From Lingula anatina (taxonomy: Eukaryota; Animalia; Brachiopoda): 64,000 nt of DNA. A model generated the notes under the pieces. It was not told the origin of the DNA. It saw only the letters and a program-made list of their open reading frames with translations, and made no database searches. Shown here one piece after another: positions 1 through 13,879 of this stretch; within the stretch, counting starts at the first letter, position 1; each line of letters begins with the position of its first letter. Both the position numbers and the translations under genes were made by a program. The stretch is from positions 18,924,567-18,988,566 of the forward strand of contig CM120649.1 in NCBI GenBank assembly GCA_051362555.1, in the 5' to 3' direction.

Positions 1-2484
1 TGAACGAACCACCCTTTTACTCTGGGTCAAAACATATCTAGGTGGATGTAGGTTTAATGGTAAATGGTCCACTTTTTCAGAAAAAGAACCCTCTTTTGAA
101 ACTTGGCTACGGGCCTGGTTAGCCTGTTTAACCTTTATATCTATGCAAGCAATAAAAACTAAACTATGAATTTACATTGACAGGCTTATTATCCAAAACA
201 AATTAGTTAACAGCTATTACCTGGCAAAAATTAATTTCAAGAAATATCAGAAACATCTGCTGTTGTGAGTGAGCAATGAGCAAAAATGTACAAAAAAGTA
301 CATTGATTTATCAATATGCCAATGCCTAAAATATATTCACCTGAAATTACTATGACACTCTGATAAAGCGAAAATAAAAATACTCACATTTTTTTTCTGG
401 AGACTTTCAGAAGCACGCAAGTGCTGTATTAAAACATCCACTGCGCTCTGTTTTTGGATGATCACGGAGACTTTTGCCGAGCCTGCCTCTTTTGGTGTTC
501 ACTGGCAACTGTTATCTGACTGTACTTATAAAGTCAAAATCTACCACCGTAGAAACCGGCATGCTTACATTCAGTTCAGTAGATATTTGTGCTCCTGACG
601 CTGCTGGATCCCTATTGAAACCCTCCACGCGTGACACACTTGTTGCAGTTTATATTTTCATTTCCGACAGAAAGCAATCAATAAATTTGCCTAAAACGTC
701 TGTAAAACTGGCCGGACATATCTTTTTGCATAAAAAATTTGGTCCCTCCTTCACTATAAAAATGAGCCACACAACAGAGTTTAAAATCCTGCTTAAATAA
801 AGACGGATACCCCGTCCTAATATTATGTATGTGTGCATTTATTCCGTCAACCATAAGAAGATTAGATGCGATTATTACGTCAGAAAATACAATATAGGGA
901 GTGTGATAATGATAGGGTCGCTAAACGATTTTTGACGGAAAATAGTGACTACCCTAATAATAATAATTTATTGAGCACTGAAATGTTTTTTTACATTTAG
1001 AGGCTCTCTATCTACTATATATTATACATATTACTAAAGATAGTAATGTTAGTAAGTAAATGAAAGAGAGAAAAAGATATGCTTATATAATGTTACACAA
1101 TATACATTCTCTTAATATACAGGTGAGATGCATGAAATCATTTGTGGACTTCTAGTTAATTACGTTTTTTCATAATTTTACTTACAAAATTCCCTACTGC
1201 AATTGCACTCTGTTCAGTGGGTGGGTTTAGAATGATGTCAAGCTGTTTGACCTCGTCTGTTAGACCTTGCAAGTTTACCTCTGGTATGCATTCGAACAGC
1301 AATTTCCTTTCAATTTTGTGATGGGTGCATTTTAGGAAAAAATGTATTTCATCTTCTACCTCATTACAGTGGGGGCATTTTCGGTCTGAAAGTTGTGTTT
1401 TTGGGTTTTTATGTCGCCCTTTTTCAATTTCTAGGTCATGGTCACTAATTCGCATTTTTGCCAAAAGTTTTTTGTGGGTGCGTGAAATATTCATTTTTAA
1501 GTATGGTTCGGGTTCATATTGATGTTTAATTTTCCTGTATGTCCTCAGCTTATTATTTTCCTCTCTGTGTAACTCTTCCCAAAAATCTGATTTTATTTTG
1601 ACGGTTATGTCACTTTCTAAATTTTGATTATTGTGAATTTTGTTAACCATTAGGGTTGAATTTGAGTGATTTAGTCCCCAACATGTAGCCAAGTTTGACA
1701 TTGCCCAAAACCAGTTTTTTCCCTTTTTGCTTGTTCTCTATTGTACGCTTGTTTGACAATTCTTTGCTCTGGAAGGTTATTCAGCCTTTCACTGTATCTT
1801 GATACTAATTTGACAATGTCCAAGTATAATGGCAGGCGCCCAAGTTCTGCACGGCAGGCATTATTGCTAGCTGACCTTCTTACACCAAGTGCCCATTTAC
1901 ACATCTTTAAGTGTATTTGTTCAAAGGGCATTTTGTTTATTTTATTTAATGATATTTTTTTTCTCTGTGGAGATTTCTTGGACCCAGATTTCACATCCAT
2001 ATAAGAGGATGGGTTTAATCATCTTGTCGAAAAGATTCATGATAAGTATGGGTGATGAAATTTCTTGTGATGCTAGTATTCCATTTAGAGTAAACATGGC
2101 TTTCAGGGCTTTTTGCTTGAGATTTTCAATTGAATGTTTTAGTGAGCCTGTGTTAGTAAAGACTATCCCGAGGTATGAGTATTGTTTGACTATTTCTATT
2201 GGTCTGCTATTTATAAAGAAGGTGTGTGGCTCAATTCTACCAGACTTGTTGAACACTATTATTTTTGATTTGCTTTCATTAACTTTTAGTTTCCACTGCT
2301 TTCAGTAATTTTCAAGGTTGTTAAGAAAAGTTTGAAGTCCTTCTTTCGTCTGTGATAGCAAGACTAGGTCATCTGCATATAAAATGTGTTTTAACCCTTC
2401 AACTTCCTTTGCACTATTGTTTGTGTAGAGTTCACTTTTTAAGTCATCTATGAAGATGTTGAATAGGACTGGGCTAAGGTTATC

Positions 2485-2912
2485 CATCCAGATTAGAGCA
2501 TGTAAGATTATATTCCCAGAGCTGCCCTACGATGGGGCACTTGAAACATGTAAACTTATCACTCTTGCTTGTAGAAGAGATGAACTATCTAAAACATTAT
2601 TGCATAACATGTACTCTGAAGGACACAAAATCCATCATTTGCTACCAGAGATAAAAGAAAGTTCCTACACTTTGCGCCGGGTTTATAAGAACACTGTGCC
2701 AAAATTGAGGACTGTACGATCGTCAAAAACTTTTATCCCATGGGCTTTATCAAATTTTAAGAACTGAGTTTTTTTATGAATTTTTAATGTGTATCGAATC
2801 ATTTTAACACTTACAAGTATATTTTAAGATTGTGCATCTCACGACTATTTGTTTTTATTGTAAAATCCAACTTTTTTAAGTTGCAAATAAATACATATTA
2901 TTATTATTATTA
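2485..2912 (+). mobile_element. 5'-truncated CR1-group LINE 3' end inserted into the host LINE
   Basis: Translation IQIRACKIIFPELPY..FIPWALSNF resembles the C-terminus of the 3017-4554 element. It has an AATAAA plus (TTA)n tail. TTATC is duplicated at 2480-2484 and 2913-2917. Confidence 0.85.
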
Positions 2913-3016
2913 TTATCTCCTTGTCTTATACCTATTTTAGATATGAATGTTTGGGTGTAGCCACAATTAACTGACACGCCTAGTCTTGTGTTGCTGTACA
3001 TATACTTTATCAACTC

Positions 3017-4507
3017 CAATTTGCGCCATTTTCAACAGCTCATTGCGCGAGGGATTTGTCCCCGACGTATGGAAATCAGCAGATGTCATCCCTCTTCCTA
3101 AATCCTCTCCACCAATGTCTATTGAGAATGACTTGCGTCCAATATCACTCACTCCTGTTCTTAGTAAAGTGTTTGAATCATTTATTGTTAAGTGGATTTG
3201 CGGATACATTAATATTGACAGAACACAGTTTGGAGTGGTCAAGGGCAGTTCCACTACACATGCAGTAACTGAACTCATTCACAATTGGATTCAGGGTCTT
3301 GAACCCTCTCAAAATCACAAGAAGTATGCCAGAATTCTTTTCCTGGACTTTTCAAAGGCATTTGATCTCATTGATCATAACATTTTACTAAGAAAACTTT
3401 ATGACAAGGGTGTACCTGAACTACTTGTCAGGTGGGTGCAGTCCTTCCTATCCAACCGCTCCCAGAGAGTAAAATATAAAAGCTCACTCTCTGATGGGCT
3501 ACAACCACATGGTGGAGTACCCCAGGGTACCCTTCTTGGGCCACTGCTTTTTGCCATCATGATTGATGACTTAAAATCCAGATGTCCAGACTACAAATAT
3601 GTTGACGATACCACAGTGTATGACATTTGTAATATTGATGGCCCATGCCACTTACAAAGTGCAAGTAACAAAATAGTGCTGTGGACACAAAATAACAATA
3701 TGAAACTGAATGCCAAAAAAACCAAGACCATGACCCTAAATTTTACACGTTCTAAACCAGACCTCCCACCAATAGTTATAAATGACACGCCAATCTGTGA
3801 GGTTACACAGTTCAAACTTCTGGGCATCCATATTAGCAATGACCTAAAATGGGGTACTCACGTGGATCTTATATATAAAAAGGCATGTGCAAGACTCTAT
3901 TTCCTCCGACAACTGAAGCGAGCTAAGCTCAGCCCTGCTGACTTAATCCAAGTTTACCAAAGTATTGTGCGCTCAATTCTAGAATATGCCTGCCCTGTAT
4001 GGCATCCAGGACTAACTATAGAGCAATGCAAACTCTTAGAGACTGTCCAAAGTCGTGCTTTGAAGATTATTTTCCCTGACCTACACTATGATGAAGCCCT
4101 GAACATGGCAAATATGTGCACTTTAGAAAAACGAAGGGAAGATCTGTGCAAAACTTTCTTTTACAAAATAACTGAATCCTCTGACAAATTGAATCACATC
4201 TTAATTGAGCATTCCAATCGTCTTTTAAGATCTAACAATAGATACAAAGTGCCAAAATTTAAGACCGACAGATTCCGATGCTCTTTTATTCCATATGCAC
4301 TTTTAAATTTCCAATAGTATTATGCTGTCTTTTATCCTAAGTACAATAATTTTAAAGTTCAGTTAGCAGTCTAAGTACAATAATTTTAAAGTTCAGTTAG
4401 CAGTCTTTTAACTCGGTTTTATTCATGCAAATATTCATTTTATTATCATTATAATCTTTTTTTAAACATTCTATGTACAACTTCAACCCACTGGGTTGCA
4501 ATCTTAA

Positions 4508-4554
<47 letters not shown>
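3017..4554 (+). mobile_element. 5'-truncated CR1-group LINE with uninterrupted RT ORF
   Basis: The ORF runs to 4317 with LRPISLT, FLDFSKAFD, GVPQGTLLGP, KYVDD and KLLGI motifs. The 3' UTR has a 34-bp tandem duplication and a (TTA)n tail. AACTC is duplicated at 3012-3016 and 4555-4559. Confidence 0.92.
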
Positions 4555-4555
<1 letters not shown>

Positions 4556-5277
4556 ACTCGTATATTTTGCCTCTGACACCTACTTTCAGTAATTTCAGCA
4601 TAAGACCCTTATGCTAGACTGTGTCAAAAGCTTTTCGCAGGTCGACGAAACAGGCAAATATACACGTTTGTTTTGATTCATGTTTGTTTATAATTCACTT
4701 TAAGGTGAATATATGGTTAGTCGTGTGTTAAGCCTCTCTTCTGGTCCTCAAATCAAGTTCGGTCCCTTGGTTCTAAACTGTTTACCAGAGGCTCTGTTCT
4801 GGTCCTACACCTGTAAATGTCCATCATGACGTGTTCAAACGTGTTCCCCAAACGTGTCCTTGGCTGACTCTCTTTTGGGCCCCAAACTTTTTCTGCGGTA
4901 TAGTCTTCATTTGGAAACCTGCCAGTATGACGTTCGGGGGAGGGGAGGGGATAAATTACTTGCAGTTAAAGGGATAATAACTCTTCGTATGAGATCTATA
5001 TTTCACAATAAAAACATTGTGAATAACTCGTAGAAATAAAATATATTCGGTTTTACCACAAAAACGGCAGTTATAGCTATTATTATGATATCTGACATGG
5101 GCGTAACTAGGCATACGCACGGATGCACTGTGCGTACAATTTTTTGGCCAACCATGACATTGTTTTATTTTTCACGGAATATAAAAGAAAATCCTCTGCT
5201 TATTAAAGTCACCTGTATGTACAAGTCCTCTGTATCAATTGTATAGGCACAATTATTCTGACCCCCCCCCCCCCCCC

Positions 5278-7222
5278 GGCTTTCACGAAACGTTTCGCAG
5301 TTTGCGCAATTGCGCAAAGTCCCTTTTTGCGAACAGACCCTTTCACGAACGTTTCGCAATGTAATTTTGCGCAAAATATTGCGCTATTTGCGCAAGATAT
5401 TCGGTACAGGTGGGACCCTGTCGCTAAGACTTTTCGCAAGCGTACTTTGGCGTTCGCGTAGCTTTTCTTGTCGTTCGAAACGAAAATAGGCGAATTTACA
5501 TGTACCCGGTGTACCTATTTACCGTCTACAACCGAGCACAACCGACCACTACCGTCCACAAGCACTAATATTACCGTCCGCACAACAGTCCACAAGCAAT
5601 AAATACCGTCCACAAGCGTCCTCCCATATGAAAGAAGTGTGAAATCAGATAATAGTTAGAAATGTAACGTAAGATGGTGTTTTAATGGAAAAAAACCTAA
5701 TGAACGCGGATCTGTAGACGTTTTCAAGACAGTGAACCAGACACGATTGTCTCATTTGTTGCATTGAAAACCACGTAAAACGATGTTTACTATTGTATAC
5801 TAGTCTTCCAAAAGGAAAAAAGGAAAAAATATTCATAAGTATACAGTAAACAGCCGAGCGTGCGGAGAACGGACTCCGCACTGAATGCGTTATTTCTATA
5901 AGTAAAGTTTATATAACTATCAGTCATTTTTGTCTATCAAAATCCATGGTTTTACCCTACTCCGTTTTTCGAATAATTGAATGAAGGGCGACCATAAGCA
6001 TACAGAAAAATCAGATGTAAAATAAAACAATTGTTTATTGACAATTCACGCCCAACTACGCATACCAATAGCATTAGTCGGTGTTACTTTTCTGTCAAAA
6101 CTTGGTTAATTTTCTAATATGAGAAAACTTTGGGACGGGAGTACATATCTTGTTGAAATGTTGTTTATTAGCCAAAATATAACCAGAAATTTTGTAAGAT
6201 GTTTTATTTAATAACTCTAGCATCACTTATGTTATTTATAGATCCAAATGTAGTGTTGGAATTTGATTAAATAGCAGTGCTCTCATATGGCAGTGTTATC
6301 TTGATGAAAGGAAGAAATTAGTAATAACAATATCAGTATTTAAATGAAAAGATGGGCACAGGCCCCCGTTTCACCCAGCTCGAGTAAGACGTCTACGGAT
6401 TTAAGATTCTTTGTGAAACGGGGGCCAGGTGTTCATAAGATCAAAGATAATGGGATAATTATAATGTTTGCAACCCAAGTGTCCGAATAAAAGCAAGTGC
6501 AAGTGTATCCATCACTCTAACCATGTCTGGAAAGCAAGGTAGACCGATTATTCTCCTCTATGGAGACTCTCATATCAGGCGGTTGCGGGACGGCCATTTG
6601 CCCCAGGTGAATTTAGACGACATATGCATCCACGTCAACCATCACTTATTTTTATGTTTAATAAGACGCCTTTACTTTTTATGTATTTTTGAAATATTTT
6701 TCATATATTGAGCATTATGTTGGTTTCTATACAGAGTATGTCGGTATCTCAAAACGATAAGACTCAACAAGCAAAATGATAAAACGACATTGTAAAAAAT
6801 ACTTTTCTCTCAAATGTTGAAAGTGACGATCTTGAAATGATGTTAGCACCTAACAAAAATTTTTTTTCTTGTCAAAATGATGAAAGTGACGATCTCAAAA
6901 TAATGTTAGCACCTCCCCCCCTCCCAAAAAAAAAAAATAAATAAAAAAAATTCTTATCAAAATGATACTTTCATCATATTTGTAGGCCTACAAACGGCGT
7001 TCTATACATCCAGGGGTCCGGAGCACGAGCATTTGTTGTCATATTTCTTGCCTCCGCGGCCAAAAGAGTTGGGTTTTGAGATTACAATATTAACTTCCGG
7101 GCACGACGTCGTGCGCTAATAGCTAAAAAAATTGCGAAGGTTTCGAGAAAGCTACGTTTAAAAAATTAGCACAATTGCGCAAACCATAGCGAATGCGCAA
7201 ACTGCGAAACGTTTCGTTTAAG
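5278..7222. mobile_element. Putative MITE/TIR element nested in the 5096-11051 element
   Basis: Inverted repeat ACGAAACGTTTCGCAGTTTGCGCA at about 5285-5308 and 7195-7217, with internal TTGCGCAA motifs. Exact ends are uncertain. Confidence 0.55.
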
Positions 7223-8006
7223 AAGGAGCTAGAGAAACAAAGGAAGAATTTCTCCTGCAAAGCTTCAAAGAATTTTGACATGGACTTGACCCAGCTTACC
7301 CCTCCAAACTAACAGGCTGACATGGGCAATTTTTACAAACAAATAATTAAACTTAGATGTATCAGAGCTCTGTCGTGTCGTACAATTGCTTGGCGTGCTT
7401 ACCGTAGTCGACGCGCACGAGAAACTCTTCAAGAAAAGGAGGTGTAAAATATCAAAAGTTTCACAAGACATGACGTTTCATGGCCTCTTTCGGCCGAGAA
7501 CGAACGTTTATCAACAATAAAAATCAGCCAAAACAGAAACAAAGTTTGTTTTTTACCTTTACTGATTAGTTTAACTTCGATACAACTTCAAAGTAACAGT
7601 TAAACATTAGCTTGTCGTGGAACACTACTGAGGGACGTCTAGCGGTCAAAAACATAAACAAGCACGCGATCGGCTGGGTAAAGTGGAATTTTATTTTTTA
7701 TTTTAATATTCCATAAATGTCAGTGCTATTCAAGGATATTATAACACAATATCTTGAAGGAGGTATGTTCTTTCCAAATTTTTGTTGTTTATGCTCTCAT
7801 TTACCGAGTTTTAGTTGAGCTTGCCGACTTAAGTCTCCTCCCGAGGAGGCTTGACATCGTCGACTTACAGCTAAGAAAAAAACGACGTAAGCGACCTTTT
7901 AGATTCTTTGTGAAACGGGACTTAGTGACGTAACGACTTAATTACGTTGGTAACCAAGCCCTAAGTCAGGGAAACCGACTTAAGTTTTTTTGTGAAACGG
8001 GGGCCA
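6361..8006. mobile_element. PIF/Harbinger-like MITE termini (GGCCCCCGTTTCAC)
   Basis: GGCCCCCGTTTCAC at 6361, with reverse-complement copies ending near 6426 and 8005. The pairing is ambiguous, and 6361-6426 may be a collapsed mini-copy. Confidence 0.5.
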
Positions 8007-8976
8007 GACCACGTCATCTGACAAGGTGATGATATTTTCTGCCAAGGACGGTGGGGGATGCGAGGGTAACCCATAAAATCACGTCAGATACATTGTCTTT
8101 AGACCGGCCTAAAATGCAGCTAAACGACATTTTAATATGAGTAATATTTACTATGTCACTACATGTACTCATTTATTTGTGAAAAAGTTTTTGAATAAAT
8201 TATCTGGAAAGAGAAATTGTGAAAATTCCAGTCAGTTCTATATTTCTTCAGTTGTAATCAGCCAATAAACATTTATCAACAATGTTCTCCTGATTTATCG
8301 AGCATCTGGTGCGCGTTTTTTTTTTCTGAATAATACATGTATCATGATTGTATGACCAACAACATTTAAAAATCGTTATCAACTAAAGGTCTAGTTGCGG
8401 TTTACTGCTGGTAGCTTCTTATTTTCCGTATCATCCTCTCGCCACCCTCCTTGGACCCATGGACTGTTACAGAATCACCTGATTTTATTAAATATTAACG
8501 TGTCTATAATTCATACCTAGTAAACATGATAACAGACAATAGTAATTGATATAGGCAAGTGCAGCGCTGTTAAATTAGTTAAGTGCCAAATTTGATTTTT
8601 TTTATAGGTCGATGTGCTCTTCAGACAAGCTCCCAGTCCCAGACATCCTGTAACCGTGTGTTTATATAGCTTCTTTTTTTATATCTTAGTTCAATCAACC
8701 ATGGATTTGCGCTAAATTCAGCCTTCCGTTTCGTGAAAAATGTTTAGAAGCCACGCAGTTCAATCATCGAAAGATATTATTTAAAGGATATTCTAATTTC
8801 CAATTCCACATTATTATTTTAATATTGAAAAATAAATCATCTCCATAAATTTGTGAAAATTATACTTGAACTTACAGAGGTAAATGTAATGGCCAATTAT
8901 CAAGATTAATTTCAAACACTGCGATTAAGTTTATATTCTTAGTTTAAACATAATTTAGATGGCTCCTTTAAACCCG

Positions 8977-10330
8977 CACTAACTGTAGACTTGGGTGTAC
9001 ATGAGATCACACCTCACTCGTCCTGATAGCCGGAGTCACCCAAGATGTACGCTGCACCACGAGGCTCTTGATACAGGAGATAGCAGAACTGGGCTAGTTT
9101 ATTAACCCAGGCGCTGATTGTCTCCGAAGTTCTTGTAAGTAGGCACTCTGATAACATTTTGTACAGAGACATATTGTTTACTGCTCAATGCAAAGACAGT
9201 AGAATGTCAATGATTAAGCAGTTATTACCTTCCCCGCCCGACACTACCAATGAATAACATCTTATTTTACGTGGTTTTGGAACTTTCCAAATACTTTCAA
9301 ACAATAGTTCTTTAAGTCAACACAAAATGTTGGCTTGGGTGTACATGAGAACACACCTCACTCGTCCTGATAGCCGGAGTCACCTGAGATGTACACTGCA
9401 CCACGAGGCACTTGATACAAGAGATAGCAGAACTGAAGTAGTTAATTAATCAATGCGCTGATTGTCTGTGAAGTTATTCTAAGTAGGGACTTCGATAACA
9501 TTTTGTTCAAGGAGATGTTGTTTACAGCTCAATACAAGGACAAGAGAATGCCAATGATTGAGCAGTTATTACCTTCCCCGCCCGACACTACCATCGAATA
9601 ACATCTCATTTAACGGGGTTTTGAACTTTCCAAATACCTTCAAACTATGGTTCTTTGATTTTGCACTAACTGTAGACTTGGGTGTATGTGAGAACACACC
9701 TCACTCGTCCTGATAGCTGGAGTCACCTGAGCTGTACTCCGCACCACGAGGCACTCGTTACAAGAGATAGCAGAACTGGGCTAGTTAATTAAATCAGACG
9801 TTGATTGTCTGTGAAGTTATTCTAAGTAGGGACTTCGATAACATTTTGTTCAAGGAGATGTTGTTTACCGCTCAATACAAGGACAGGAGAATGTCAATGA
9901 TAAAGCAGTTATTACCTTACCCGCCCGACACTACTAATGTCTAACATCTTATTTTACGGGGTTTTGGAACTTTCCAAATACCTTCAAACTATGATTCTTT
10001 AAGTTTGCACTAACTGTACACTTGGGTGTACATGAGAACACACCTCACTCGTCCTGATAGCAGGAGTCACCTGAGATGTACGCCCCACCACGAGGCACTT
10101 GTTTCAAGAGATAGCAGAACTGAAGTAGTTAATTAACCCAGGCGCTGACTGTCTGTGAATTTATTGTACATGTAAGTAGGCTATCTGATTTTGTACATTG
10201 TACAGGGACATGTTGTTTTCTGTTCAATATTAAGGCGGGGAATGTCAATGATTTAGCATTCATTACCTTTCCAGCCTGCAACTACCAATTCACCCGGACT
10301 TTGGTACTTGTCAAATATTTTCAAACGATT
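8977..10330. repeat. Tandem array, 4 units of ~344 bp
   Basis: CTCGTCCTGATAG recurs at 9017, 9361, 9704 and 10048. The units are similar along their length, and the 4th is more diverged. Confidence 0.92.
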
Positions 10331-10668
10331 TACGTAAATAATAATAATAATAATAATAATACATTTTAAAAACGTGCTACATGTGCATCTCAGTGTTACT
10401 TACACTACCAAATAAAAACTAAAACCACAAAGATAAATTAAAAACTAACATAAAGGTATTTAATATTAAAAGATTAAAGTTAATTAAAATGTTATTTAAA
10501 TTCTTTTCAAAACAGTGATAAGAGTTAAGACACATTTGATATGTTAACAAAATTGGACCACAAAAGAAGTGCAGCAATCTCAAAACTCCTGTATCAAAAT
10601 GTTTTTTTGGTATCGTTTCACTTCAGTTAAAATTGACCGCTGGAAAGAAGAGTTTTCAAAGGAGTTCT

Positions 10669-10711
<43 letters not shown>

Positions 10712-13700
10712 CATGTAAAGTCAACATGATTCAGAATTCAGCTCGATACAAGCAGACAATGCAGCATAACCTGCAGTTCGTTCAGTGCCCAAAGTTGATG
10801 TTTCAGTTAGCCTCCTTTTAAATAAATATACCGTTCTGGGTGAATTAGAACATTGAAATTTCATTAAATCGCGAGAATATTTTTGAGTTAAATGATAATT
10901 TAATTATTAATAGAAATTAAGCTGCGATGTGTGGTACATATGCCGTGATTACACTGTCCTTCATCTGTTGCGTTAGTCTACATTTTGCTTTACGTGCTGG
11001 GAATTTTAAAAATCTGTGCGTACAATTTTTAAAGGTCTGGTTACGCCCCTGTCTGAGCTTGTCTTTAGACCACGTGACCTCCATTGATGGCTATACTCTG
11101 TTAAAATCTCTTAAGAGATGTTAACAAAAAAACATACTTTTTAGAAAAAAACCAGGGAACAACTTTGAATGTAAAAATGGATTCATTAACCATTGGTAAG
11201 TATGGGAAAATTGTTCTTTACTCCAGGAAAATTCATTTTTTGGCCGAAACGAAGAGTTATTATCACTTTAAGCAACTCAACTAACGGTAATTTGGTTGAT
11301 TCGCGAGATCAACGGACTAGCTGGCTATTATTTCACAGCATAAATTGAAAGATATAAATTGCAGAGTAACCTTGTGTCGCAAGGAAACAACTTAGTGTAT
11401 TTTTTCCTTCATGCCCCCCCCCCCCCACGGACACTTGTAATTGATACTCCGTATCTTGATTAATGTGGAAGAATTGAAAGATGAAATGAGCGCCCAGACG
11501 TGCTTTTGACAGGTCAGGTCACGAAGTAACGGATACGGCATCTCAGGCCACAAAATATGGCTCCACAGGGCAGTGAACAAACTCGAGAAATTTCCCTCTC
11601 CGACAAAATTCCGAGCATATAAGGTCACCCTGCTTCCTACATGTCTTTACAACAATTCAGTATTATTATACTGAATTCTATTACTGTTCTATTACTGATG
11701 TTGTATTCAACCATCTAATAAAATTTGATATTTGAAGAAAATTTTATTGCAGGATTTTACAATATCACTACTTTACATCATTGCTATTATATGGAGCATA
11801 TAAATTGCAGTCAGCCCAGCGGGCACCATAGTTAATTACCCCCTTACAGCTTAAGCCGGCCAAGCTGACAGTAATCTAGTGAGACTCCTCACAGGGATAG
11901 ATCGATCTAAAAATCTATGGAAATGGGGTGATAGTTAACGTCAGGTGATTCATTAAAACCGAGGAGAGTTTCACTATCAAATATATAAAGCATATGTCAT
12001 AAAAAAACACTATAATAATTTTTTGTTACAATCTGCAACATTTGTTCAGGCGAAGTTAACGCCAAAGGTAAATAGTAACTAATACCGTAATCCTTCTTGT
12101 TCATTTATTTCAATCGTATCAAAACGTTTGATATACAATTTTCGTAAGTGTCATAATTTTGTCGATTTATTGAAACCATATTTGTACAAAGTGGTTAGCA
12201 TAAGTGAAGCAGAAACCAGTATGAAAGTCAACTGCCTTTTTTAAGTGAGGCAAGACACCCTCTTCACACTGATTATAACCTTGATAAAGACATCAACAAG
12301 GCAAAGGAGTTCTATCAACTCGAAAGTGAAAACAACTCATTCTTTGTCACTTTTACAGGACAATGGAGGCGAGCAAGTGGGGTAATTACAATATACAATC
12401 AAAAGGAATTAATTTAGTTTAGAAAGCTTACTTCCGGTCAGCCCTTTGCTTGTTCGAAGGAGAGAGATAGATATCGGGACGCGACCTTCGTGTGTTCGTG
12501 TAAATGTGTGAAAGACAGGCAACGGTCTTGAGTCGCTGTTTGTAGTCAATATTGAAGTATACCCCCTTGCCTACATGTAAACGTGTTAGTTTGCCTCATG
12601 TTCACTATATTTCTTTCAGGTGAATCAGACAAGGCGTTGAGATCGATAAAAGTAGAGGTTAATCTAAACAGTTAAGTGCAATTTTGTGAAATGACTTAAG
12701 TGATGTGCATGTACTTAGCATGTATAAATTCTTGAAATTTTAATTTGTAAAATCTTTCATACACAGCCTCATATTTATATTACTCTCAGGCTATACTCCT
12801 CGATGTTATTGTATTACACGGGACTCTAGGGAAACCTAAAGCACAGAGCATTGTGAAAGTTAATTTGCTACGCAGCCTTGTTATATTCTTCTTGCTGTTT
12901 TATACATGTAGCACTGTGAACTAGAAACAGGGTTTGTTTAGCTTTACTTAATTTACGACAATTAAACAAAACCAGCCTGCAATTAAATCACCGACATCGT
13001 TATATTTTAACTTAATGTGATCACTTACACAGTAACACAGATAATATTTATAAGTTGTCTGTCGTTCAGCACGCATTGCAGTGACAGTAGCCAAACAGTG
13101 ACGATGATCAACCCAAGTACAATCTAGGCAAGTATTGTTTACAAAATAGATCATGTTGAATAAACTTACGCTTTAATAAATAATCAGCACAAGGTTCGGT
13201 TATTGTCACTTTTAAAAAAGCTTTCGATCAAAGACGTTCAATGAAATCACAAACCATTTGACGATTAACAAATGGACAGGTTCAAGGGGCATTTTTGTTT
13301 CAGATAGGGGGACTTCAGGTAGAGGGTTCAGTGAAGGTGTTTCCTCGGGTGATAGCAGCACCACGCCCTAGGTCTAAGCGAGTTGAATAGAAGCTTTTGT
13401 CCAAGCATCCTATACCAAACTACTGAGTTAGAACAAAGGTCTTTTTATATGTACTGTGCAATTACAATAAATAGATCAGTTGCATACTTGATTGTCCCCC
13501 CCCCCCCAGGTATCGCATGTATGTATTCTTACTTGAGTGATCTAAAACAAGTCGCTAGTGTAAACTGTTTATAACTGTAGTAAAATATGTTCGACATAGC
13601 GTTTCTGCACGGCAGCCGGAGACACAGTAATTGTATGAGCATGGTTTAAGCTTGTTCGAGAGATAATAACAGTCGCATTTAACAATAGATAGCGAGCTAT

Positions 13701-13879
13701 GGTAAGACCCCCCCCTCCTCTTTAACTGAGGATTTACACTGTAAATTGACCGTACTCTCATGTATTGTGTGATCACAATGTCATAGGCCCCCCTGTTGCA
13801 CGTTGGAGTTGGATTCACCTTGCGCCTCTGTCATGCACCTCATTTAATTTAAATATTATAATATAAATATAGTATAAGT

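Larger units (their letters stand above)
955..4730 (-). mobile_element. Degenerate non-LTR retrotransposon (LINE ORF2 RT to 3' end; RTEX-like, tentative), split into three pieces by two nested insertions
   Basis: Three minus-strand pieces join into one RT: 4560-4730 (..HIFTLK..IFACFVDLRKAFDTV..GVRGKIYE), 2918-3016 (LIKYMYSN..KIGIRQG) and 1156-2484 (DNLSPVLFNIFIDDL..LYADDLVLL..YLGIVF..C-terminal CxxC..H..C). There are several stops and frameshifts. AATAAA plus an (ATT)n tail lies at about 955-972 on the minus strand. Confidence 0.9.
5096..11051. mobile_element. Non-autonomous TIR DNA transposon (hAT-like CAGGGGCGTAAC ends) with 5-bp TSD and nested content
   Basis: Left end CATGGGCGTAACTAG; right end reverse complement CAGGGGCGTAACCAG. 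TCTGA flanks both ends (5091-5095, 11052-11056). The subterminal motif CTGTGCGTACAATTTTT occurs at both ends. No transposase ORF. Confidence 0.75.

Noticed and set aside
474-838. ORFs 474-800 and 650-838
   Set aside because: No motifs, non-ATG or weak starts, next to repeat sequence.
2986-3016. Apparent N-terminus MCCCTYTLST of the 443-aa RT ORF
   Set aside because: It is antisense host-LINE sequence upstream of the insertion junction, so not a real start.
8977-10330. Hammerhead retrozyme interpretation of the 344-bp array
   Set aside because: CTGATAG and CTGATTG do not fit the CTGANGA..GAAA core; not supportable by eye.
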